A stretch of DNA of 64,000 nt, from positions 17,174,001 through 17,238,000 of the forward strand of contig NC_043006.1 in NCBI RefSeq assembly GCF_006345805.1. The letters are read 5' to 3'. Made by a program: the position numbers and the translations under genes. Positions 1-10,710 of this stretch are shown in pieces; positions within the stretch are counted from its first letter, which is position 1, and each line of letters opens with the position of its first letter. Below the pieces are notes generated by a model. The model did no database searches. It saw nothing but the letters and a program-made list of their open reading frames with translations, and was not told the DNA's origin. This DNA comes from Octopus sinensis (Eukaryota).

Positions 1-38
<38 letters not shown>

Positions 39-283
39 GGGTGTGATTGTGTATAGAAGAATATATTAATAAAAGGAATTCCAACCTTGTCTGATTTTCA
101 CGTTTTATTTACAATCTTATAATGATATAATTTTAATATAATATAATATAATATAATAAAATAAAATAATAGAATGTTAAATGTTCATTCTGATTGAACT
201 AGTACTTTCATGCATTAAATTCTGCAATCTTCAGGTTCATGTAGTAGTGGTGACAGTCATGCTTCACAATTTTTGACTGTATA

Positions 284-315
<32 letters not shown>

Positions 316-316
<1 letters not shown>

Positions 317-600
317 GAGTCCGTTGCCAGCCTCGCCTGGCCCCGTGCCGGTGACACGTAAAAGCACCATCCGTTCGTGGCCGTTTGCCAGCTCTGACTG
401 GCACCTGTGCGGGTGGCACGTAAAAAGCACCCGCTACACTCACGGAGTGGTTGGCGTTAGGAAGGGCATCCAGCCGTAGAAACACTGCCAGATCTGACTG
501 GGCCTGATGAAGCCTTCCAGCTTCACAGATCCCAGTTGAACTGTCCAACCCATGCTAGCATGGAGAACGGACGCTAAATGATGATGATGATGGTGATGAT
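316..600 (+). mobile_element. RTE-type LINE 3'-end fragment with (GAT)n tail
   Basis: GTTGGCGTTAGGAAGGGCATCC...GGACGCTAAATGATGATG; same sequence as the 3' UTR attached to the RT ORF at 3363-5413. Confidence 0.8.
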
Positions 601-671
601 ATATATATATATACACACACACACACATACACACAAATATGTCTATACATGAGTGTACATGCAATATTTCA

Positions 672-905
672 GAGCAAGCTGGCAGAATCATTTGCATGCT
701 GGACGAAATGCTTAGCAGTATTTTGTCTGCTGTTATGTTCTGAGTTCAAATTCCGCCAAAGTCAACTTTGCCTTTCGTCCTTTCAGGGTCAATCAAATAA
801 GTTCCAGTTACACACCGGGGTCAATGTAATCAACTTAGCCCCTTCTGTCTGTCCTTGTTTGTCCCTTCTATGTTTAGCCCCCTGTGGGCAATAAAGAAAT
901 AAATA
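672..905 (+). mobile_element. tRNA-headed SINE, Nin/Deu-domain-like family
   Basis: tRNA-like head (GAGTTCAAATTCCGCC B-box) then GCCTTTCGTCCTTTCAGGGTC-type central domain; many copies in the window. Confidence 0.75.
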
Positions 906-1102
906 TTTCAGAGTAATATTAAAGGTGAAAACATAAAAGAATTCATTTTCTAGTCAAACTGTTCACATAAATACTTGTAGCTACATTGTACATATTCACA
1001 AACATGCATATATAAAGCACATCCACAGTTTATATATCCATACTGATGTATCCATTTAAACAACAATAAATCTCTGAACAAGATATAAACAGTAACCGCT
1101 CG

Positions 1103-1254
1103 ACAACGTAAGGGGTATTAGCCATCTGAATGTGGCGGGGTGTTACTGATGCTTTTAGCCCCAGGCGATCAACGTCACCAGAAGCATCAGTAACACCCCC
1201 CCCCCCGCCCCCAGTGGCTAGCCACATTCAGATGGCTAATACCCCTTACGTTGT
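1103..1254. repeat. 152-bp nested perfect inverted repeat (MITE-like or hairpin)
   Basis: 34-bp arms 1103-1136 and 1221-1254 are exact reverse complements; inner 18-bp arms 1137-1154 and 1182-1199 are also exact. Confidence 0.9.
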
Positions 1255-1281
1255 ATCCATTTAGTTTTACAGAAAATCATT

Positions 1282-1684
1282 TACTCTCTTCACTCCCTCT
1301 TACTTGTTTCAGTCATTTGACTGTGGCCATGCTGGAGCACCGCCTTTAATCGAGCAACTCGACCCCGGGACTTATTCTTTTGTAAGCCCAGTACTTATTC
1401 TATCGGTTCTCTTTTGCCGAACCGCTAAGTAACGGGGGACGTAAACACACCAGCATCGGTTGTCAAGCAATGCTAGGGGGACAAACACAGACACACAAAC
1501 ATACACGCACACACACATATATATATATACATATATCCGACAGGCTTCTTTCAGTTTCCGTCTACCAAATCCACTCACAAGGCATTGGTCGGCCCGGGGC
1601 TATAGCAGAAGACACTTGCCCAAGGTGCCACGCAGTGGGACTGAACCCGGAACCAAGTGGTTGTTTAGCAAGCTATTTACCACA
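1282..1684 (-). mobile_element. tRNA-headed SINE with CORE-like domain (family A)
   Basis: Reverse complement of the GGCTGTGTGGTAAG...CCTTGGGCAAGTGTC...GACTGAAACAAGTAA unit seen in over 20 copies. Confidence 0.85.
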
Positions 1685-1879
1685 CGAATACACTCGCTCA
1701 TAAACATACATTTACATTGGCATGAAATTGTGTATATGTAAAAAAAATTTCATCAGAATAATTAACGCAATTATCTCTTATAATTTTGTTTAGGAATGTC
1801 AGTAATGAAAGTGTATTGTTTCTGCTCTACTTATCTAATGTTAGTTTCCTCCTTTTTCTGTAAAAAAAAATACATATAA

Positions 1880-2432
1880 GGCGCATATAAGTGGCTGTGT
1901 GGTAAGTAGCTTGCTAACCAACCACATGGTTCCGGGTTCAGTCCCACTGCGTGGCATCTTGGGCAAGTGTCTTCTGCTATAGCCCCGGGCCGACCAATGC
2001 CTTGTGAGTGGATTTGGTAGACGGAAACTGAAAGAAGCCTGTCGTATATATGTATATATATATATGTGTGTATATGTGTGTGTTTGTCCCTCTAGCATTG
2101 CTTGACAACCGATGCTGGTGTGTTTTCGTCCCCGTCACTTAGCGGTTCAACCAAAGCCTTGTGAGTGGATTTGGTAGGCGGAAACTGAAAGAAGCCTGTC
2201 GTATATATGTATATATATATGTGTGTGTGTATATGTGTGTGTTTGTCCTCTAGTATTGCTTGACAACCGATGCTGGTGTGTTTACGTCCCCGTCACTTAG
2301 TGGTTCGGCAATAGAGATCGATAAAATAAGTACTGGGCTTATAAAGAATAAGTCCCGGGGTCGATTTGCTCGACTAAAGGCGGTGCTCCAGCATGGCCGC
2401 AGTCAAATGACTGAAACAAGTAAAAGAGTAAA
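1880..2432 (+). mobile_element. SINE family A with ~155-bp internal tandem duplication
   Basis: Segment ~1999-2148 is repeated at ~2149-2307 before the normal 3' end. Confidence 0.85.
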
Positions 2433-2791
2433 GAGAGATAACGTGACTGTGTGGTAAGAAGTTCCCTTCCCAACCTCACGGTCCCTGGTTCAATCTCACT
2501 ATAGGGTACCTTGGGTGAGTCTTTTCTGCTATAGCCTTGGGCCAGCCAAAGGCCTTGCAGTCATTGACTGCAGATGTTCAAGCTGGGCCTAAATTGCAGA
2601 AGTGAAGGGAAAGCTTTCAAAGGTCATAAACACTATCCCTACTCCCCTAACTATCGTATTACAAAAGTCTTAATCTATCTCTCTTTTCATCTTTCTGTGT
2701 TCCTTGCCAGTCTATCATCTTACTCCAAAGACCTTTTTCTCCCAGCTATACGCTTAATTAGTGCTAATTTTTAATGCCAAATCAAAGCACA

Positions 2792-2922
2792 CATCTATCT
2801 ATCTGTCTATCTATATATCTGTCTATCTATATATCTGTCTATCTATATATCTGTCTATCTATATATCTGTCTGTCTATCTATCTATCTATCTCTCTATCT
2901 CTCTCTCTCTCTATCTATCTAT
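2792..2922. repeat. Compound (TCTA)n/(TC)n microsatellite
   Basis: Direct reading. Confidence 0.9.
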
Positions 2923-3014
2923 ATGCCCACACACACATATACACACATATATTATATATATATTATATTATATACATACAGGAGTAACTGTGTGTTAAGA
3001 AGCTTGCTTCACAA

Positions 3015-3089
<75 letters not shown>

Positions 3090-3206
3090 ATATATACATG
3101 AGCATCCAATAATACTATATTTGTTCCACGTCCTCGAGTTGTGTTTTTTTATGCTTTCTTGTTTGGATTAACTTTATATTATATATATATATATATTATA
3201 TGTATG

Positions 3207-3259
<53 letters not shown>

Positions 3260-3362
3260 CCTACTTTAGTTAATACTTAAATTTATTAAATATGAAGGAA
3301 CTACATGTGTTTCAGTATTGGAAAATTACAGTATATATACATATACACGACTGTATATATAT

Positions 3363-5413
3363 ATCATCATCATCGTCGTTTAACGTCCGTTCTCCATGCT
3401 AGCATGGGTTGGACGGTTCGACCGGGGTTCTGGGAAGCCAGAAGGCTGCACCAGGCTCCAGTCTGATCTGGCAATGTTTCTACAGCTGGATGCCCTTCCT
3501 AACGCCAACCACACCGTGAGTGTAGTGGGTGCTTTTTACGTGCCACCTGCACAGGTGCCAGGCGGGGCTGGCAACGGCCACAGTCAGATTGGTGTATTTT
3601 ATGTGCCACCGGCACGGAAGCCAGTCGAGGCGGTGCTGGCATCGGCCACGAGTCGGATAGTGCTTTTTACGTACCACCAGACCAGGGATCCTGGCTGGTT
3701 CAATTCGATTTCGATTTCGCTTGCCCCAACATGTCTTCACAAGCAAAGGGGGTTGGCATGGGTGCCTGTCGTACGGTCGCATTGGAGTATTTTACGTGCC
3801 ACGGCCACGAGTCGGATAGTGCTTTTTACGTACCACCAGACCAGGGATCCTGGCTGGTTCAATTCGATTTCGATTTCGCTTGCCCCAACATGTCTTCACA
3901 AGCAAAGGGGGTTGGCATGGGTGCCTGTCGTACGGTCGCATTGGAGTATTTTACGTGCCACGGCCACGAGTCGGATAGTGCTTTTTACGTACCACCAGGC
4001 CAGGGATCCTGGCTGGTTCAATTCGGTTTCGATTTCGATTTCGCTTGCCCCAACATGTCTTCGCAAGCATGGGGGGTTGGCATGGGTGTCTGTCGTCGGA
4101 TGAGGTTCTATATCGACTTCGCTTGCCTCAACCGGTCTTTGTGTCCAAGGGAGGAAAGGCATTCATAAGTGGGCTGGGCTCACTTGTCCTGCCTGGTCTT
4201 CTCACGTACAGAATATTTCCAAAGGTCTCGGTCTCTGGTCATTTCCTCAGTGAGGCCTAAAGTTCGAAGGTCGTGCTTCACCACCTCGTCCCAGGTTTTC
4301 CTGGGTCTACCTCTTCCACGGGTTCCCTCAACTGCTAGGGATTGGCACTTTCTCACACACCTATCTTCATCCATTCTCGCCACATGACCATACCAGCGCA
4401 ATCGTCTCTCTTGCACACCACAACTGATGCTTCTTAGGTACAACATTTCTCTCAAGGTGCTAACGCTCTGTCGAGTATGTACACTGACATTACACATCCA
4501 TCGGAGCATACTGGCTTCATTCCTCACGAGCTTACGCATGTCCTCAGCAGTCACGGCCCATGTTTCGCTGCCATGTAGCATGGCTGTTCATACACACGCA
4601 TCATACAGTCTGCCTTTTACTCTGAGCGAGAGGCCTTTAGTCACCAGCAGAGGTAAGAGCTCCCTAAACTTTGCCCAGGCTATTCTTATTCTAGTAGTTA
4701 CACTTTCAGCGCACCCACCCCCACTACTGACTTGGTCACCTAGATAACGGAAGCTATCAACTACTTCTAGTTTTTCCCCCTGGAAAGTGACGGAAGTTGT
4801 TTTCTGCAGATTTTCGGAGGTTAATGCTCCCGAGCATCTGCCACATACAAAAACTATCTTCCCAGTTAGCCTACCTTTGACATTGCTGCACCTCTTATGT
4901 GTCCATAGCTTACACTGGGTACATCTTATAGAGTTTCTACCTACACCTTTTCTACAGATCGAGCAGGGCCATCTTCCTGAAGATATTTGTGGATTGTCTA
5001 CCTTTCTACTTATTAGTACTTTGGTTTTAGCTAGGTTGACTCTAAGGCCCCTTGATTCTAAACCCTCCTTCCACACCTGGAACTTCTCCTCCAGTTCTGA
5101 TAGTGACTCAGCATTAAGAGCAAGGTCGTCAGCGTAGAGGAGCTCCCAGGGACAGCCTGTCTTGAATTCCTCCGTAATTGCCTGGAGTACTATGATAAAT
5201 AGGAGGGGGCTGAGTACTGAACCCTGGTGGACCCCAACCTCTACTTTGAATTCTTCTGTGTACATGTTGCCAACCCTAACCTTACTTACGGCATCTCTGT
5301 ACATGGCTTGCACAGTCCTCACCAGCCATTCATCTATCCCTAGTTTCCTCATTGACCACCAGATAAGGGATCGGGGGACCCTATCAAAAGCTTTCTCCAT
5401 GTCAACGAAAGCC
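3363..5413 (-). mobile_element. 5'-truncated RTE-type non-LTR retrotransposon
   Basis: RT ORF, long 3' UTR and (GAT)n tail on the - strand; 5' end breaks off at RT motif AFVDMEKAF. Confidence 0.92.
4180..5412 (-). pseudogene. RTE ORF2 C-terminal part: reverse transcriptase, PHD-like finger and C-terminal domain, one in-frame stop
   Basis: Motifs DMEKAFDRV, GVHQGSVLSPLLF, YADD, LHGSETW, RLRWYGHV. Track ORFs 4588-5400 and 4180-4581 are in the same frame, split by one TGA. Confidence 0.92.
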
Positions 5414-5569
5414 TATACATACATATATAAATACATATATGCAATTAATTTCACATCCCTTTAAAAAATAAGCAATGCAACTAAGCATTAAAAATTAAGA
5501 ATTCAAAAATTTAAAATAAAGATTATACTTTGTAATATTAAGAATTAAAATTTATAAATTATACATTAT

Positions 5570-5884
5570 AAATATGAATTAGTATATATATCAATCATGT
5601 AAAATCAAGTATAAGTCAAATACAGAATGTGAGATATAAGATTGAACATCAGAATAAAAATGTCTGCATTGAAATGTGATATATAAATGTGATATATATA
5701 TTATATTATATATATATATTATACATCTGTATATATATATTATACATTTGTATATATATATATTATACATTTGTATATATATATATATATATATTATACA
5801 TTTGTATATATATATATTATACATGTGTATATGCATATATATTATACATCTATATATACACATATATTATATATCTATATACAT

Positions 5885-5924
<40 letters not shown>

Positions 5925-5990
5925 TATATTATATATATATACATATGTTATATATATAATATATATACACACAAACACACACATACACAT
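5570..5990. repeat. AT-rich low-complexity (TA)n-derived minisatellite
   Basis: Repeating TATATATATTATACAT(T/C)TG units. Confidence 0.85.
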
Positions 5991-6146
5991 AGGTGCAGGA
6001 GTGGCTGTGTGGTTAGAAGCTTGCTTCCCAACCACATGACTATGGGTTAAGTCACACTGTGTGGCACCTTGGGAAAGTGTCTTTTATTATAGCATTGGGC
6101 TGACCAAAGCTTTGTGAGTGGATTTGGTAGACAGAAACCTACCATG

Positions 6147-6216
<70 letters not shown>

Positions 6217-6278
6217 GTGTGTGTGTGTGTGTGTATGTGTTTGTGTTTGTTCCCCCATCAGTCAAATGACTGAAAGAT
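5990..6278 (+). mobile_element. SINE family A, internally deleted
   Basis: Head AGGTGCAGGAGTGGCTGTGTGG, CORE-like segment, short tail. Confidence 0.75.
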
Positions 6279-7300
6279 ATAAAAGAGTAATATTAGCCAG
6301 AAAAATCCATGATGTACTGAGTGCATGTTTGGTAAGGAATTACTGTATCTACTTTTTTGAATCTAGAGATTAGCTGACCTGCAATAAAAGACATTCTAGC
6401 TTTGACCATCCAATTATTTAAATGTGACAAATGGAATAACCTAGTCACTATAAGTAAAGAGAAGTATGTGAAATACCAGAGTACATAGTAGGCACTCAGA
6501 GATAGTTGTGTCTTTACTGGTTTTTACTAGGTTTACTGTAAACCGAAGTGGGCATTATAATAATCCAATATTTTAAAGATTACGTAATTCAATGTGATTC
6601 TAGTAGGTCAAGCAATTTTATCAAGGTTCCTGTGTTGGTTTGTTTATTCATGTCATTATCTAGGAAATATATCTAGTCTAGTCATATGTCAGTAATAACA
6701 ATGTTTATTGTGCTTAATTATACTAGGAAGTGAAATTAGGCAGAAAGAGAAACTAAGTCAAGGAATAAAAACAATTTGGATTAATAATAATAATAATATA
6801 ATAATAATTACAATAATAATACCAACAACAACAGCAATAATAATTATCATGTCTGCTCTAGGCACAAGACCTTGAAAATTTTGGATGAAGGGGCCTAGTT
6901 GATTATATTGACCCAGTGCATAACTGGTACTTATTTCAGAGCGTAGCAGCTGACAAAATACCACTAAGCATTTTGCCTAGTATGCTAATGATTCTGCCAG
7001 CTTGCCGCCTTAAACAACAACAATAATAATAATGACTTCAAATTTATGTACAAGGCCAGCAATTGTACGAGGAAGGGGTAAGCCAATTATATTAATTCCA
7101 GTATTCTGCTGGCCCTTATTTTTGTTGACCCTGAAAGGATGTAAGTCAAAAATTGACCTTGGCTCTTTGTTTTTTGTTCAATTTCCACCAAGGTCAACTT
7201 TGCCTTTTATCCTTTTGGGGGCCGATGAAATAAGAACTCATTGAGTATTATGGATCTTGTGCCTATAATAGTAAGGGTTATCATTATTATTATTATTATC

Positions 7301-7500
7301 AAAGCGGCAAGCTGGTAGAATCGTTAGCATGCTGAGCAAAATGCTTAGTGGCATTACGCTCTGAGTTCAAATTCTGCCGAGGTTAATTTTTCCTTTTGTC
7401 CTTTCGGGTCAATAAATTAAACACCAGTGAAACACTGGGGTCAATGTAATCAACTAGTCCCCTTCCCACAAATGTCAAGCCTTGTGCCTATATTGAAAGG
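7301..7500 (+). mobile_element. Nin/Deu-like SINE
   Basis: Same unit as 672-905 and 56168-56403. Confidence 0.75.
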
Positions 7501-7568
7501 ATTATTATTACTATTATTATTAGACAATATGAAACATGCGATGTGATTGCAATAGATGTTTTATTGGT

Positions 7569-7609
7569 TGAACAATATTTCGACAGCTAGCCTGTCTTTG
7601 TCGAGTTCA
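7569..7609 (-). ncRNA. Minimal type-I hammerhead-ribozyme-like motif (U3:A8 core variant)
   Basis: TGAAC-TCGACAA-A-GACAG-GCTAG-CTGTC-GAAA-TAT-T-GTTCA: 5-bp helix I, 5-bp helix II, palindromic ATAT helix III. Confidence 0.55.
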
Positions 7610-7749
7610 AAATGAAAAGGGATAATGTAAAAATTCAAAATTATAGAAATTCAAATCCAAAACTCCAGTTTTAGTTTTCTTGGAGTCAGAAGTAGAGGTT
7701 AATAGTTCTCTTATATTTTTATGATACATCGATTAATGATTATGCACCC

Positions 7750-8208
7750 ATGTTCATATTTGAAGTTTCTGCACACTGCACTTTTAAAAACAGCCACAAG
7801 AGAGGTAAGCCTTATTCATTGTGCAACAACATGAGTCAAGTGAATTCCATGGAAGGCAGGATGTGTAGAGATTCCCATTTGGTGTACTCAGCAAAATGCA
7901 TGAAGCACAACTTGATTTATGTTAGTTGTACAACAGAACAATTAAACAAAAGATTCAATGGGCACAGATATGATGTCAAGCACAATAACAATAGTTTGAC
8001 AGAACTTGCTGAACGTTTTGCATCATATGGCTGCAATTTTGGAAAAGGCATGAAAGTGCATATTCTCAGAAAATATTCTGAATCTGCTACACTTTTAGTA
8101 CTTAAAATGCAAGAGGAGAAATATATTTGTGGGTTATTAACATCACACCCTGGAGGAATCAATAAAATGACAGGAGAATATCATATTTACACAAAACTGT
8201 TTGATTAA
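7750..8208 (+). pseudogene. GIY-YIG endonuclease domain of a Penelope-like element (degenerate)
   Basis: LVYSAKC..H.LIYVSCT...LNKRFNGHR and EEKYI..LLT.HPGGIN match the PLE endonuclease pattern; the YIG glycine is replaced. Confidence 0.75.
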
Positions 8209-8387
8209 ATATTCTTCTTCTTTTTCCATTTCTTTTTTCTTTTCTTTCTTTTTTCTCTTTTTTTGTTTCTTTTTGCCAGTTGTAAACTTGAAAACTGAAG
8301 ACTGATGATGTCATTCCATCAACATGGGGACACTGGTTGCCCTCGTTCATATTTTGGATTTGAATTTTTATATATCACTTTTCGTTT

Positions 8388-8428
8388 TGAACTTCACAAA
8401 GACAGGCTAGCTGTTGAAATATCATCCA
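8388..8428 (+). ncRNA. Degenerate hammerhead-like motif in the sense pseudo-LTR
   Basis: TGAAC-TTCACAA-A-GACAG-GCTAG-CTGTT-GAAA-TAT-C-ATCCA; G5 mutated, helix I weakened. Confidence 0.4.
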
Positions 8429-8534
8429 ACCAATAAATTATCTATTGCAATCGCATCACACTCTTTGTATTGTCTATTTACCTTTGTGAAGAGTTACGTC
8501 AGTCCTTTTGTAATATTATTAATATTATTATTAG

Positions 8535-8879
8535 TAGACAATAGGAAGAGTACAATGTGATTTTTAATAGATTATTCATTTAACGGTTTGAATGATATTT
8601 CAACAGATTAAGTTCAAAATGTAAAATGTAAATAATTGCAGAGACACAGAAATTCAAAATATAAATGAGGAAATCCTGTGTTCTGGTTTTGATAGAATGA
8701 CTTTTTATCAAAATAGGAATGCAGGATTTCCTTGTTTGTATTTTGAATTTTTGTGTTTCTACAGTTATTTTCATTTTACAATTTGAACTTGAAGACAGAC
8801 AGACAATCTGTTGAAATATGATTCAAACTGTTAAATAAACAATCTATTACAAATCACTTAGTCTTCTTCTTATTGTCTA
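8535..8879. repeat. 345-bp imperfect fold-back palindrome related to the 7521-8476 terminal repeats
   Basis: Starts TAGACAATA, ends TATTGTCTA; arms pair over most of their length; no ORF. Confidence 0.8.
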
Positions 8880-9564
8880 TGATCAAAACGCTCCCTGTCC
8901 AATGGATGGTGCTGAATCATATCTGCTGAATAAAAAGCAATCAGTGTTTTCATTTCATTAAAAAATAATTAAGCATGCCTTTATTTCAATTAAATTTTTG
9001 GTTTTGTTAAACAAAGTTAAAGCACAAAAAAAAAAAATTCCTGAGAAACCAAATAGTCTTTCCTTCCTTCATGGCAAGTTTGAAGAAAATATCTCTTTTG
9101 CATCTTAGTTTTTTGGGCTCTTAAATATACTGCATTTTGTGGCATTATTTCAAGCCAGCCAGCTTTTTTTGTGTAAACTGCACATGCATTTTTCTCGTGT
9201 ACATGTAGTATTGATCGCAACAGCTGATGTACTTGCACGTACAAATGCACATTCCCACGACTTAATCGATCGCATTCTCACCTGGAATCGATTTTTGTAA
9301 TTTTTTCAAGACTTGTACACGCCCTGATACCGTAGGTATCTACATATCAAATTAGAGCGCAATTGGATGGAGGATGCCCAGATCCTAGAAGACAGATAGA
9401 ACAGAATTTATATAATAGATTTACCCTCATGAAGAGTTACCTTAATCTTTTCTTCTTTTCCTTTAATCTCTCCTCAACTGGCATAAATAAAGCCATCCTA
9501 ATCAATATTACTCTCCTCCTCCCAGTTGAGGGGTTTTTGTGTTGCAAGTTACTTGGTGACCTCT

Positions 9565-9772
9565 GTTGGTGATGGTGCCACATAAAAAACACCCAGTACA
9601 CTCTGTAAAGTGGTGTGCATTAGGCAGAGTATCCTGCTGTAGAAACCAAGCCAAAACAGATGACTGGAGCTTGGTGCAGCTCTTGGTCTGGCCTGTTCCT
9701 GTCAAACCCTCCAACTCATGCCAGCATGGAAAATGGACGTTGAATAATGATGATGATGATGATGATGATGAT
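9565..9772 (+). mobile_element. Diverged RTE 3'-end fragment
   Basis: Ends GGACGTTGAATAATGATGATG. Confidence 0.7.
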
Positions 9773-10016
9773 TCATGTTATGTTACAGGAAACTGTTTGG
9801 ATTCTTTGGTGCCACATTCTGTAAATTTCTCCTGAGTTTTCTTTACACTGCAGTAAGGTATTGTCAGAAGGAAAGAAGAGGAAAAAATATGAACATGGGT
9901 GCATTTATTCTTGAACTTCATTAATCGATGTGTTATTTTCTTTTTTTAAGACTATAACAGAGAGATTTGGCTACTATTTCTAGCAGGCTCAGTGGCCTTG
10001 TAGAAGTTTCCTTGAC

Positions 10017-10244
10017 TTAATCCTTTCGTTACCAACCCGGCTGAAACCGGCTCTGGCTCTGAGTACAACTGTTTTGTTTCCATAAGTTTTGAATTAAAAT
10101 CTTCCACCAAACCTTAGTCACACTTTATGTTCCTAACACTAGCTGAATGATAGTTAAGTTATTTAACTAAATTCTTTGTTATATTTAAAGTAACTGAAAG
10201 AAACACAGAGCATCTCAAAATAAATACAGTAACGAAAGGGTTAA
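10017..10244. mobile_element. piggyBac-like MITE (family 1)
   Basis: TTAA flanks with (T)CCTTTCGTTAC...GTAACGAAAGGG termini; copies at 24856 and 32481. Confidence 0.75.
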
Positions 10245-10514
10245 ACAAACATGTTAGCCTTTTTGATACCAACCTGCCTGAGACTGCCTGTACTTCTTAG
10301 ATACAACTTCTTGTTTAAACTCATCTTGATTCAAAAGATTTTAAACCTGTTTAAATTTCATATTAATTTATGTTCCAAACTCCATCTTAATAACGACAAA
10401 GTTATTTTGCTAAATTTTTCATTATATTCAAAATTTATTAAAACAAAGCTAGTGTATTTGAACAGAATTATAGTAAGAAAATGGTTAAGGGCTAATCAAT
10501 TATTTAGTGCCTAC

Positions 10515-10710
10515 ATTGTCGGTGGCACGTAAAAAGCACCCACTACACTCATGGAGTGATTGGCGTTAGGAAGGGCATTGAGCTGTAGAAATTCTGCCAG
10601 ATCAGATTGGAGCCTGGTGCAGCCTCCTGGCTTCCCAGACCCCGGTCAAACCATCCAACCCATGCTAGCATGGAAAACAGACGTTAAACAATGATGATGA
10701 TGATGATGAT
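10515..10710 (+). mobile_element. RTE 3'-end fragment
   Basis: GTTAGGAAGGGCAT...ACGTTAAACAATGATGATG. Confidence 0.8.

Larger units (their letters stand above)
7521..8476 (+). mobile_element. Penelope-like element 3' remnant: GIY-YIG ORF between inverted pseudo-LTR-like repeats
   Basis: ~7521-7662 and ~8351-8476 are inverted copies (TAGACAATA...TATTGTCTA). Each holds a hammerhead-like motif, and a GIY-YIG ORF lies between them. Confidence 0.75.

Noticed and set aside
1460-1741. Recurring MSSNARGTNTDTQT... and MLGGQTQT... ORFs (also 12848, 28627, 45227, 55267)
   Set aside because: Reading frames of SINE family A, not a gene family
3396-4168. 235-aa and 145-aa repeat-containing ORFs
   Set aside because: Products of the 159-bp triplication in a LINE 3' UTR
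7521-8476. Reading this element as a Tc1-like TIR transposon with TA TSD
   Set aside because: It encodes GIY-YIG rather than a DDE transposase, and the arms carry hammerhead-like motifs; a PLE with inverted pseudo-LTR fits better
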